Assembly: GCA_963727445.1 (NCBI GenBank)
Contig: CAVSGI010000011.1
Coordinates: 64,001 to 128,000 of the forward strand
DNA length: 64,000 nucleotides
Direction: 5' to 3'
DNA from: an uncultured delta proteobacterium
Lineage (GTDB): Bacteria; Myxococcota_A; Polyangia; Polyangiales; B10-G4
Position 1 is the stretch's first letter, and each line of letters opens with the position of its first letter. Both the position numbers and the translations under genes were made by a program. The notes under the pieces were generated by a model. That model did no database searches. It was given only the letters and a program-made list of their open reading frames with translations, and was not told where the DNA came from. Below, piece after piece: positions 10,807 through 22,564 of this stretch.

Positions 10807-11211
10807 TCAGCCTCCACGCAGTCGCGCACCGATCGCTCGTCGCAATCGGTCCACGTGCGCCGCGAGCTCAGCGCGTCCGGCGTCGTCGGTGATGTGGCAC
10901 AGCTCGCTCCGATCGCTGACGAGGTGCGGCAGGGCAGAAACCACGCGCTTCATGAGAACCGCGGGCCACTCGGTCGACCTCAGGTCGTCGATGAAGTCCG
11001 GGTTCGGCGTGTTCTCGCGAGGCTCCAACATCACCTCCGCCAGACCGAGCAGCGGGGCGCCGACATCCCGGTCCACGTAGTCCTCTGCGCACGCCTCAAC
11101 GTCCCTCACGTTGCGCTCGGCTCCTTTGAGAAGGTCCGTGGGGTCACCATCGAAGAGATGGCGGACTGCGCCGTGAGCGGAGTCGTAGTCCCATGCCAAT
11201 GCCGTTGCCAT
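10807..11211 (-). CDS. DUF4259-like small helical protein
   Basis: AGGAGG RBS before ATG 11211; pattern WDYDSA...YVDRDVGAPLLGLAEV...SELC...VDRLRRAI resembles DUF4259. Confidence 0.5.
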   Translation of the reverse strand: MATALAWDYDSAHGAVRHLFDGDPTDLLKGAERNVRDVEACAEDYVDRDVGAPLLGLAEVMLEPRENTPNPDFIDDLRSTEWPAVLMKRVVSALPHLVSDRSELCHITDDAGRAELAAHVDRLRRAIGARLRGG

Positions 11212-11367
11212 CAGTGGACCTCCTGAGGGGCGAATGTTGCATGATTGGGGCGGGTGATGACCAACCGAGTCCAAGACACGCTCGCGGCGTGCTTGTCGAG
11301 CAGAACCGTCGATGGACGCGGGTGATGCCGACGCTGCGTAGCGCACATCATCGGCGTGCGACGCAAG

Positions 11368-11588
11368 GCTGATCTTCTGCCTGTTGGTTCGTCCACTCGA
11401 GGCCGTGCGGGAGGGTCCCGAGGGGTTGAGGCGGGCGTGGGGTCGGGGGGTGGGAGCGCACGTCCGTTCCGCTGCGCGTGCAGCTCTGTGGTCAATTCTC
11501 GTCGCCAGTCCCCGACCGCCGATGCCCCTCGGGACCCTCCCGTGCGGCCGGGCGTGCGTTGGCCGAGCGCCCACAAAGAAAAACGCCC
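11368..11588. repeat. Dispersed ~200 bp structured intergenic element, copy 2 (complete hairpin)
   Basis: Perfect 17 bp inverted repeat at 11409-11425 / 11525-11541; inner GGTCGGGG/CCCCGACC stem; core near-identical to copy 1. Confidence 0.9.
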
Positions 11589-11609
11589 CGGTGGGAAACC
11601 ACCGGGGCG
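11575..11609 (-). terminator. Rho-independent terminator downstream of dnaK
   Basis: 11 bp perfect stem CGCCCCGGTGG-GAAA-CCACCGGGGCG followed on the minus strand by TTTTTCTTT. Confidence 0.8.
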
Positions 11610-11756
11610 CTCATTCCGTCGATCGAGCGCTCTCCAAGAGCACTCCCAGCTCGCGTCCTGCGTCTCCGCAACGACTACGGGGGGCTTGCGGCCCCCTTCG
11701 TCGTGGCTGCGCCTTCGGCGCGCGAGCCTTCTGCGCGGTCGCGCCGTTGGCGCGAC

Positions 11757-13682
<1,926 letters not shown>

Positions 13683-13804
13683 TTTGCGTTCCTCTCCAGG
13701 TGTACTTCGAGCAGCCGACGACCCAGGCGTAGGCCGACGTACTGATTGCCGTTGCCTTCGGCGCTCCGTCTTTCAGTAGGCTTCGGAGCGCCGGGACGAC
13801 ATGT

Positions 13805-13844
13805 ACGATAACCACCCGCGTTGGGCGGTCAAGCATCGTGCCAA
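13805..13844 (-). promoter_or_regulatory. Candidate dnaK promoters (sigma70-like and overlapping sigma54-like)
   Basis: Minus strand TTGACC-16nt-TATCGT, overlapped by TTGGCACGATGCTTGA (GG-N10-GA). Confidence 0.45.
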
Positions 13845-13865
13845 GGGGCAAATCGCCCCGCGAAA

Positions 13866-14939
13866 TCAGTCTCCGCGAGAGATCCCACGGCGCCGCGAGC
13901 GGACGACCAGGAGAAGGGCGAGCCCGCCGAGGAAGAGGCCGGTGCCCTGGTGCGTGCGGCGGCTAGGAGTGCTGCAGCCACACCCGCCGTCGTCGCCGCC
14001 CGAGGGGGTGCCGGAGTCGGTGTCGGCGTCGATGTAGTCGCCGACATCGGCGGGGATCCCCCCATCACCGGGTCCTGCATCGGATCCCGCATCGGCGACG
14101 CCGGCATCCGAGGTCGTGGAAGGCCCGAAGCCGCAGATCGGCGATGCGCCCGACGTGTCCGCGCAGATACTGCCGCCGGCGCCCACCTCCGTGCAGGTCG
14201 CGCCATCGATGCACTCCCCGTCGCCGGTGCATGGCGCCCCGCAGCGGGCGCCGCCCGTCGGGAAGGCGATGCAGACGTTCGAGTCGCAGTCCGTGTTGGC
14301 GGTGCAACGCGTGCAGCTCGAGCCGTCGCCGGGCATCACCGGGACCGAACCGTCTCCGTAGAGCGCGCAGAGCCCCATCTCGTCATCGGCGGAGAGGCCG
14401 GTGAGCATGTCGTTGTAGGCGGGGTAGAGAGGGGACATCGCGTCGTCGCTGTTGCCGAGCCCGAGGACGCGCCCGAAGGCCGCGAGATGGAGCGTGTAGA
14501 CGTCCACCGCCATGTCGCCCATGGTCCGATCGATCACCCAGGTGTAGTCCGGCAGATCGTTGGTGATGCCGCCGGAGGTGATGCATCCGGATGCCCCCCA
14601 CATCGCCGTGCCGATGTTGATCGCGCCCGCACCCATGGTCCACGTCGCTGGCCAATCGATCTGGATCGCGCCGTCGACGACCCCGTCGGCGATCCGGCCA
14701 GCGTACTCGAGGGTGATGTCCGCGCAGTCGACCGCGTTCCATGTATCGGCCGCCCGCTGGATCTCGGCGATCACCATCGCCTCGTCGAGGCTCGGCGGCG
14801 TATCGCCGATCTGGTACTGGACCGTCGTCGCACACCAAGCTGGACAGCTCGCGTCGATACAGCTCCACGCGCTCGCCGTCACCGGCGCCACCAAGAATGC
14901 CCCGAGCAGGAGCGCGCACCCGATTACCTTCGTCCCCAT
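13866..14939 (-). CDS. Matrixin (M10)-like, Cys-rich surface protein with MYXO-CTERM-type tail; zinc ligands absent
   Basis: Signal peptide; [23 protein letters not shown] in place of HExGHxLGLxHS; tail GGCGCST...[12 protein letters not shown]. Confidence 0.75.
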   Translation of the reverse strand: MGTKVIGCALLLGAFLVAPVTASAWSCIDASCPAWCATTVQYQIGDTPPSLDEAMVIAEIQRAADTWNAVDCADITLEYAGRIADGVVDGAIQIDWPATWTMGAGAINIGTAMWGASGCITSGGITNDLPDYTWVIDRTMGDMAVDVYTLHLAAFGRVLGLGNSDDAMSPLYPAYNDMLTGLSADDEMGLCALYGDGSVPVMPGDGSSCTRCTANTDCDSNVCIAFPTGGARCGAPCTGDGECIDGATCTEVGAGGSICADTSGASPICGFGPSTTSDAGVADAGSDAGPGDGGIPADVGDYIDADTDSGTPSGGDDGGCGCSTPSRRTHQGTGLFLGGLALLLVVRSRRRGISRGD

Positions 14940-15028
14940 GGGCGTGAGTAGGCCCGCGCGGCACGTGACCGTCAAGATGGGGCGCCGCGAAACGGGCCGG
15001 CGCCATCGACTCGTGATATCCGTGGAGC

Positions 15029-15706
15029 ATGCGGGTGTTCGTGCTCGATGACGACGACGAGACGCGCGAGGTCGTCGGTGCCGCGCTCTCTCGCGACGGC
15101 CACCAGGTGACGGCCGCGAGCACCTTCGACGAAGCCGCTGCGCTCCTCGACGAGCGCAGCTTCGACGTCCTGGTGCTCGACGTGATGCTCGGCGGCGAGC
15201 ATACCGGGCTCGAGCTCTGCACTCTGATCCGCGAAAAGGGCATCGAGACACCGGCGCTCTTCTTGAGCGCGCGGGGAGCGGTGACGGCGCGCATCGAGGG
15301 GTTCGAGGCGGGAGGCGACGACTACCTGCCCAAACCCTTCGCGCTCAAGGAGCTGGTGGCGCGGGTCCGCGCCCTCGGCCGCCGCCGTCCGGCCTTGTCG
15401 CCCCACGCGCTCGTCCTCGGCGGTCTCACCCTCGACTTCGCCGGCCGAAAGGCGCGCACCTCGGCTGGCGAGCTCTCCTTCACGGCGCGCGAGTGGGACG
15501 TCCTCGAGATCCTCGCCGACGCGCGCGGGCGCGTGGTCCCCTTCGACAGCCTGCTCGAGCGCGCCTGGGGCGACGCGACCGAGAAGTCCCGCGCGAGCCT
15601 CGCGGTGATCGTGTCGCGCCTGCGCCAGAAGATCGCGAGCGTCCACGACGCTTCGGTCATCCGCACCATGCACGGCGTCGGCTACTCCTTCGAGCTGGAC
15701 TCGTGA
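15029..15706 (+). CDS. OmpR-family response regulator
   Basis: VLDDD, VLDVMLG, GGDDYLPKPF, winged helix IRTMHGVGY. Confidence 0.93.
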   Translation: MRVFVLDDDDETREVVGAALSRDGHQVTAASTFDEAAALLDERSFDVLVLDVMLGGEHTGLELCTLIREKGIETPALFLSARGAVTARIEGFEAGGDDYLPKPFALKELVARVRALGRRRPALSPHALVLGGLTLDFAGRKARTSAGELSFTAREWDVLEILADARGRVVPFDSLLERAWGDATEKSRASLAVIVSRLRQKIASVHDASVIRTMHGVGYSFELDS

Positions 15707-17037
15707 GCGCGCGATCCATCGTCCGCTCGGTCACGCGGGCCCACGCCTACACGCTGCTCCTGTCGGGCGTGCTGACGGCGGTGGTCGCCGACGCCGCGGC
15801 GATGAGCGTGCTGGTGGATCAAGACGACGACGCGGCGCTCGCTCTCGCGCGTACTCTCGGGAGCGAGCTGTCGGACCATCGAGAGGAGTCATCGGAATCG
15901 CTCTCGGAGCTGGTCGTGCACGAAGAGGAGGAGCAGCGCTGGTTTCACCGCGAGGTGGAGGTCTGGCGGGACGGATTGCATCGCCTCGGGCCCGCGGGCG
16001 AGCCCGGTTCCCTCGCAGCTTTCAGCGAAGCCCCCGACGGCTGCGCGAGCGAGCGCGTCGCAAGTCGCTGGTCGCGGGTTTGCGTGGCGCGCCTCGAGGG
16101 CGCCCCAGCGGCCGTGGTGGTGGCCTCGCCTCTATGGGCCATCGCCGAGGCGGGGATGCCGATCCTCCTCATCGTCGGTCTCACCGCGGTCCTGTCCGCG
16201 CTGCTCCTCGCGTTGGTCGGCCGGTGGGCCATCCTTCGCGCCCTGTCGCCCCTCGGCGAATTCCAGGAGAGCCTGAGCGAGCACGACGGGCGGCCGCATA
16301 CACCACTCGCGAAGGTCGACTTCGGCGCCGAAGAGATTGATCGACTCGCGGCGGCCTTCAACGATCTCCTCGAGCGTGTGGCCACCGTCTTCGAGCGTGA
16401 GCAACGCTTCGTCGCCAACGCGGCACACGAGCTCAGGACGCCGCTCACGCGCCTCCGCGGTCAGCTCGAGCTCGCGGCCGCCGAGCTCGCCGAGGGCGGC
16501 GAGCCCAGCGAGCGACTCACGCTGGCCATTCGCTCGACCGAGGACCTGGCGCGGAGTGTCGAATCCCTGCTCGCGCTCTCGCGGAGCGAGGCCAGTGCCG
16601 ACGAGCCGGTGGACCTGGGAGAGATCGCGCGGCGCCTGGGTGACGACGCGCGGGTTCGGGTGGTCGAAGAGGCACACATGGTGGTGCGCGGTGACGGGGA
16701 GCTGCTGACGCTCGCGATGCGCAACCTCGTCGACAACGCGCTCAAGTACGCCGGCAGCGACGTTCGCGTCGTGGTGCGCGAGTCGAACGGCCGCGTCGAG
16801 ATGAGCGTCGAGGACGATGGTCCGGGGATCGCCGAGGGCGACGTGGATCGGGTGCGCGAGCCCTTCGTCCGCGGTGAGAGCAAACAGGGTGTGCGGGGGA
16901 GCGGGCTCGGCCTGGCGCTGGTCGACCACGTCGCGCAGCTGCACGGCGGCCGGCTGGAACTACGGCCGCGGACGCCGCGGGGCCTCGAGGCGGTGATCTC
17001 CATACCCGCCTCCCGTATGGCCGCCAGCGACGCCTGA
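15703..17037 (+). CDS. HAMP-domain sensor histidine kinase
   Basis: GTGA overlap; two TMs; AHELRTPL H-box; NLVDNALKY, DDGPGI, GSGLGLALV. Confidence 0.92.
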   Translation: MSARSIVRSVTRAHAYTLLLSGVLTAVVADAAAMSVLVDQDDDAALALARTLGSELSDHREESSESLSELVVHEEEEQRWFHREVEVWRDGLHRLGPAGEPGSLAAFSEAPDGCASERVASRWSRVCVARLEGAPAAVVVASPLWAIAEAGMPILLIVGLTAVLSALLLALVGRWAILRALSPLGEFQESLSEHDGRPHTPLAKVDFGAEEIDRLAAAFNDLLERVATVFEREQRFVANAAHELRTPLTRLRGQLELAAAELAEGGEPSERLTLAIRSTEDLARSVESLLALSRSEASADEPVDLGEIARRLGDDARVRVVEEAHMVVRGDGELLTLAMRNLVDNALKYAGSDVRVVVRESNGRVEMSVEDDGPGIAEGDVDRVREPFVRGESKQGVRGSGLGLALVDHVAQLHGGRLELRPRTPRGLEAVISIPASRMAASDA

Positions 17038-17044
17038 AACGACC

Positions 17045-17078
17045 CGTTCAAGTCTCGTTAAAGCGGCGTAGCTAGCCT
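17045..17078 (+). promoter_or_regulatory. Candidate OmpR-type tandem site and -10 box for the efflux operon
   Basis: CGTTCAAG / CGTTAAAG with 11 nt period, then TAGCCT 7 nt before ATG 17086. Confidence 0.4.
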
Positions 17079-17085
17079 CGCTCCC

Positions 17086-18285
17086 ATGCGGGCCCTCCTC
17101 GCAGCATCGCTCTGCGTCCTGTGCCTGGCTTCGACGGTCCAGGCGCAGGAGCGACGACCCCTGACGCAAGCGCGGGCGCTCGGGCTCGCCGAAGAGCGCG
17201 CGCCCGACGTCCTGGTGAGCCTGGCTGACGCCGCGGTGGCGCAGAGCGAGGTGGGCGTCGCCGGCATGTTCCCCGACCCCACCATCGGCGGCGGGGTGAG
17301 CCCCAACTACACATTCATCGCGACCTTCTTCATTCAGCTGCCGGTCTTCGGACAGCGCGCGATGGCCGAGCGCGCCGCGCTCGCGCGCTCCCGGGTGGCG
17401 GAGGCGTCGGTCGACGTCCAGCGCCTCGACGCGGGCCTGGCGGCTTCCCTCGGCTGGATCGATCTGTGGGAGACGACCGCGAGGCGCTCCCTCGCCGAAG
17501 AGGAAGCCGCTCGCTTCGACCTGCTGGCCGCCGCGGCCGCTGCGCGGGTGGAGGATGGCACGGCACCCGAGCTCGAGCGGATCCGCGCCGACGCGGACAA
17601 GCATCGCGCGCACTTCGAGATCGAAGCGCTCCGCGCCTCCGAGGTCGCGGCCTCCGCGCGCCTCGCGTTTCTACTCGGCGACGAAGGCGGGGCGACGCTC
17701 TCGCCGGCGGGCGACCCCAGCGCCCCAGCACCCCCCTCGGTCGCTTCCCTCGATCGCCGTCTCGGCGATCATCCGGCGTCGCGACAGGCCCATCTGTCGA
17801 TCCACTCCGCCGAGGCCGCGGTGGACAGCGAGCATCGCGCGCGCTGGCCCCAGCTCGGCGTGGCGGTGTCGGATTGGTACGCCCGCTCGGGCAACACGCA
17901 CGACGTTCGCGTCGTGGGCACCATCAACGTCCCGATCTTCGACGAGCCACGCATCACGCGCGAGGAGGCGCGACTCAGAGCGGCAGAGGCCCGAGGCGAG
18001 GCCGTGCGCGCGCGCTTGCGCTCGGCAGCCATCTCGGCGCGCGCGGACTACGTGGCGGCGCGCCGCCGATGCGCCGCGCTGGCGGACGCGGTCGTGCCCG
18101 CGGTGCGGGATGCGGCGTCTCGGTCCCAGGACGCCTACGCCGAGGGCTCCCTCGACCTGGCCTCCGTCCAGCTGGCCGAGCAGGCGCGTGTGGACGCGGA
18201 GCGGCAGCTCCTGTCGTGTCGTGCGACGCGCGCACGGGCATGGGCGCGGCTCGCGCACGCGGCGGGAGGGCTCCATGCTGACTGA
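17086..18285 (+). CDS. TolC/CzcC-family outer membrane efflux protein
   Basis: Signal peptide, Ala/Arg-rich helices, IQLPVF and INVPIF motifs, AYAEG; first gene of the efflux operon. Confidence 0.85.
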   Translation: MRALLAASLCVLCLASTVQAQERRPLTQARALGLAEERAPDVLVSLADAAVAQSEVGVAGMFPDPTIGGGVSPNYTFIATFFIQLPVFGQRAMAERAALARSRVAEASVDVQRLDAGLAASLGWIDLWETTARRSLAEEEAARFDLLAAAAAARVEDGTAPELERIRADADKHRAHFEIEALRASEVAASARLAFLLGDEGGATLSPAGDPSAPAPPSVASLDRRLGDHPASRQAHLSIHSAEAAVDSEHRARWPQLGVAVSDWYARSGNTHDVRVVGTINVPIFDEPRITREEARLRAAEARGEAVRARLRSAAISARADYVAARRRCAALADAVVPAVRDAASRSQDAYAEGSLDLASVQLAEQARVDAERQLLSCRATRARAWARLAHAAGGLHAD

Positions 18286-19378
18286 AGCGCGCCGCGCGGC
18301 GTCGCGCGCGATCCTCGTGACGTTCTTCGTCTCCTTCTCGGGCTGTGCAGCGCCCGAAGAGCAAGAGGAGCTTCCGCCGCCGCGGGTGCACTGCGTGCCC
18401 GCCGGCGCCCGGACCATCCCCGAGACCATCGACATTCGGGGCGCGGTCGTCGCGGCCCCGGACCACAGCACCACCGTGAGCGCCGAGGTCGCCGGCCGTC
18501 TGGTGCGGGTCGCCGTGCGCGAGGGGCAGGACGTGAGCGCGGGCGACCTGATCGCCGAGGTCGAGACCCAGCCGGCGCGCGACTCCTACCGAGAGGCACA
18601 AGCGTTCTACGCGGAGGCGCTCGCCAACCGCGACTCGGCGCTCACCGAAACCCAACACGTGGAGGCGTTGGTCGAGGACGGGATCGAGGCCCGCCGAAAT
18701 CTCGAGACCCATCGCGCTGCCCTCGCGCGCGCCGAAGCGGCGCTCGCCTCCGCCCGCGCGCGCGCACACGCCGCCCAGCGGAGCCTCTCCCGCACCACCG
18801 TGACCGCGCCGCTGGCGGGTGCGGTGGTTCACCTCGTTCGCCGCGAGGGGGAGCTCGTCGACGGCACCTCCACCACGCCCATCTGCGACGTGGTGGACAT
18901 GTCGGCGCTCGAGCTCTCCGCACCCGTCACGCCCGCCCAGCTCCTCCGTCTGCATCCCGGGCAGCACGCGCGGGTTCGCTTCGACGGGCTCGACGATCTC
19001 GAGCTCGGCGCCACGGTGCGGACCATCGGGCGCGCGGTGGGGGCCAATGGGATGGGGCACGTCTGGCTCACCCTCGAGCTCGGGGACGTGACGCCTCCCC
19101 TCGGTGTGTTGGGCTCGGCTTCGGTCGCGGTCTCGGAGCCGCGGGAGGTGGTGACGGTGCCTTCCGCAGCGGTCCGCGACGGAGACGGCGAGCGTGTCGA
19201 GGTGGTGGTCTGCGATTCGGGTGTGACCGAGGTACACGAGGTCGAGGTCGGCCGGCGCGAGGACGGCTGGGTCGAGGTGAAGAGCGGCCTGTCGTCTGGT
19301 GACGAGGTCGCGGTCGACGAGGTCGTCGGGCTCGAGGATGGCGTCTCCATCGACGCGGTGGCCCCGGAAGGCTCATGA
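18275..19378 (+). CDS. RND efflux membrane fusion (periplasmic adaptor) lipoprotein
   Basis: Lipobox FSGC; VSAEVAGRL..VAVREGQDVSAGDLI; VTAPLAGAV; VEVKSGLSSGDEV. Confidence 0.9.
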   Translation: MLTEARRAASRAILVTFFVSFSGCAAPEEQEELPPPRVHCVPAGARTIPETIDIRGAVVAAPDHSTTVSAEVAGRLVRVAVREGQDVSAGDLIAEVETQPARDSYREAQAFYAEALANRDSALTETQHVEALVEDGIEARRNLETHRAALARAEAALASARARAHAAQRSLSRTTVTAPLAGAVVHLVRREGELVDGTSTTPICDVVDMSALELSAPVTPAQLLRLHPGQHARVRFDGLDDLELGATVRTIGRAVGANGMGHVWLTLELGDVTPPLGVLGSASVAVSEPREVVTVPSAAVRDGDGERVEVVVCDSGVTEVHEVEVGRREDGWVEVKSGLSSGDEVAVDEVVGLEDGVSIDAVAPEGS

Positions 19379-22300
19379 GCATCGGACGGCTCGCCTTGCG
19401 CCACCGCGCGCTCGTGATGGTGGTGCTCCTCGCCGCGATCGCCGGCGGCATCCTCTCCGCGAATTCACTGCCGAGCGGGATCTACCCCGAGGTCGAGTTC
19501 CCGCGCATCGGGGTGGTGGTGCGCCAGGGCGACGCGCCGCCGCCGGTCTTTCAGACGGTCGTCACGCGCCCTGTCGAGGAGGCCCTCTCCTCGGTGATGG
19601 GCATCGAACGGATCCGGTCGCGGACGATCCGCGGTGGGGCCTCGATCGATCTCCTCTTCGCCCCCGACACCGACATGTGGCGCGCGCTTCAGTTGGTGGA
19701 CGCTTCGCTGAACGACGCGCGGGCGTCGCTGCCCGCGGGCACCACCGTGCGGGTGGAGCGCCTCACGCCCGTCGCCTTCCCGATCCTCACCTTCAACGTG
19801 AGCAGCGCGACCATCGACTCGCGCGACCTGCACGATCTGGCGGAGCTCACCCTCAAGCCGGCCCTCTCCCGCGTGCACGGCGTGGGAAAGGTCGGCGTCC
19901 TCGGCGGCGACATCCGGGAGATGGAGATCGTCGTCGACCCCGAGCGCGCGGCGGTGATGCACCTGACCCTCGACGGCATCGCCGCGAGCGTGCACAAGGA
20001 GACCTCCCTCGCGACCGTCGGACGCTTCGAGCAGAACCACGGCATGACGACGGTGATCGCCTCGGCGGAGCCCACCGCGGCGAGCGATCTCGAGGCGCTC
20101 ACCATCGGCACCGACCCGGACGGCGCGCCCATCCCTCTGGCGTCCGTCGCCGACATCTACGAGGGCTCGGAGGACCGGCTCTATCGGACCTCGGGCCCCA
20201 ACGGCGACAGCGTCCTGATGACCGTGTCGCGAATGGAGGGAGCGAGCACCCCGGCGGTGGTGCAGGACGTGCTGGCCGCGGTCGACGAGCTGCAGTCGTC
20301 ACTGCCCGACGGCGTGGTGATCGAGCCGGTCTACGACCAGGGCTATCTGGTGAAGGAGGCGATCGCCAGCGTGCGAGACGCGATCCTGGTGGGGATCGTC
20401 CTGTGTCTCTTGGTGCTCGGCGCATTCCTGCGCGACGTGCGCGCCGGCCTGGTCGCCGCGCTCTCGGTGCCGGTCGCCCTCGCGGGCACGTTCATCGTGA
20501 TGCGTGTGTTGGGGCAGACGCTGAACCTCATGTCCCTCGGCGGGATGGCGGTGTCGATCGGGCTCGTCATCGACGACGCGATCGTGATCGTGGAGGCGAT
20601 CGCGCGCCGCCTCGAAGAGGGCGCGGGCCCCGCCGAGGCCACGGTAGAGGGGACCGACGAGCTGGCGTCGGCGGTGATCGGCACGACCATCACCACCGTC
20701 ATCGTGCTGGTGCCGCTGGCGTTTCTGCGCGGGATCGTAGGCTCCTTCTTCGGTGCGCTCTCCATCACCCTCGCGGCGGCGGTGGTGATCTCGCTCTTCG
20801 TCGCGCTCTTCGTGATCCCGCCGGTGGCGGCCTTCGTCCTCCGCGCGCGCCCCGGCCGTGCGTCGAAGGAGATCGGTTGGCTCTCGCGCATCGTGCGCGG
20901 GGCGGCGGCCCGGCCGTGGATCGGCGTCGCTGTCACCGCCGCGGCCATCCTCTTCTGCGTCGTCGCGGTAGAGCACGTGCCCAGTGGGTTCATGCCGAGC
21001 TGCGACGAGGGCGCCTTCGTCCTCGACTACGAGGCGCCCGCCGGCAGCGCGCTCACCGACACCGACGCCTCGGCGCGTCGCATCGAGCAGATCCTCCGAG
21101 AGACCCCCGAGGTCGAGACCTTCTCGCGCCGCACCGGCGCCCAGCTCAACCCGACGGCGGTGACCCTCCTCGACTCGGGCGACTTCATCGTGCGACTGAA
21201 GCCGCCGCCCAGAAGGCACGCCGACGAGGTCATCGCCTCGATCCGCGCGCGCGTGGAGCGCGAGGTGCCGTCGGTGCGCGTCGAGTTCGTCCAGCTCCTT
21301 CAGGACATGCTCAACGATCTGTCCGGAACCCCGCGCCCGGTCGAGGTGAAGCTCTTCGGCGAGGACTACGCCGTGCTGAAACGTCTCGCGGCCGAGATGG
21401 AACCGCGCCTGAGCGCGATCGACGGGGTGGTGGACGTGTACGGAGGCGTCGAGCGCCCTTCGCCCCAGCTGGTGGTCCACGTCGACAGCGCCGCGACGAG
21501 CCGGCTCGGCGTCGACGCCACCAGCGTCGAGAGAGAGGCCAGCGCGATCATGCTCGGCGCCCGGGCCGGCGAGATGCGCCGCTTCGATCGCATGATCGGG
21601 ATCCGCGTGCGCGCGCCCGACAGCGTGCGCTACGACCCCGCGCGGATCGAGGGGCTGCCCATCGCGCCGGCGGCGACGGGGGCCGCGGGCATGGCGCACG
21701 AGGCGGTCCGGCTGGACGCGGTCGCGGACATCGTGCGGGAGCCCGTGGCGACGGTGCTCCGGCACGAAGCGCTGCAGCCGGTCGTGATCCTGACGGCCGA
21801 TCACGAGGGCCGTGACCTCGGCAGCATCGACCGCGACGTCGAGGCCGCGGTGCAGGGCCTCACCATGCCGCCGGGGTATCACGCCGAGCTGGGCGGACAG
21901 TCCGCGGAGCAGAAGGCCTCACAGAAGAGCCTCCTCGAGGTCGCGGGCGCCGGCGCGCTCCTGGTGCTGATGGTGCTCGTCGCGCAGTTCGGCTCGATCC
22001 GCCCGGCCGTCGCCGTCCTTCTGACGACGCCTTTGGCGCTGGTGGGCGCGTTGGCCGCGTTGTGGATCACCGACGTCCCGCTGAACGCCGCGTCCCTGAT
22101 GGGCTGCGTCCTGCTGGTGGGGTTGGTGGTGAAGAACGGCATCCTCCTGCTCGAGCTCGCCGAGGCGCGTGCGCGAGATGGTGTCGCCTATGGTCAGGCG
22201 CTCGCCGAAGCGGCGTCGCGACGCACGCGCCCCATCGCCATGACGACCCTCGCCACCATCGCGGGCCTCTCCCCCTCGCGCTCGCGATCGGTCAGGGCGC

Positions 22301-22460
22301 GGAGCTGCAACAGCCATTGGCAATCGCCGTGATCGGGGGGCTCACGCTCTCGGCGGTGCTCAGCCTCCTGGTCCTGCCATCGCTGGCCGCGGGGCTACAG
22401 CGCCTCCGACTCCCGAGTCATCCAGCGGTCGACACGGACCCGCACCTGCGCGCGCGCTAG
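19375..22460 (+). CDS. RND efflux permease (CzcA/CusA-like), frameshift near 22270
   Basis: LNLMSLGGMAVSIGLVIDDAIVIVE, VVKNGILL, RTRPIAMTT. C-terminus PLALAIGQGAELQQPLAIAVIGGL resumes in another frame after a C-run. Confidence 0.92.
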
Positions 22461-22535
22461 CCCCTTTCGAGGCACACACCGTCCAGGCTCTGAACGGCCC
22501 AATCCACGATCCTCAGGCGTTTTTGGGTTGCCAGC

Positions 22536-22551
22536 TTGGTACGGAGGTTGC
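22536..22551 (+). promoter_or_regulatory. sigma54 (-24/-12) promoter of the GH25 gene
   Basis: TTGGTACGGAGGTTGC, exact GG-N10-GC spacing, 14 nt before GTG 22565. Confidence 0.6.
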
Positions 22552-22564
22552 GAATAGCTCCCTC

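Noticed and set aside
4294..11588. Integron attC sites or composite transposon ends
   Set aside because: No RYYYAAC/GTTRRRY core pair recognised, and no integrase or transposase in the window.
22255..22290. Programmed frameshift or phase variation in the RND permease (likewise the glpA-like and 2655 genes)
   Set aside because: Isolated indels, here at a short C-run, in an assembly with other evident indel errors.
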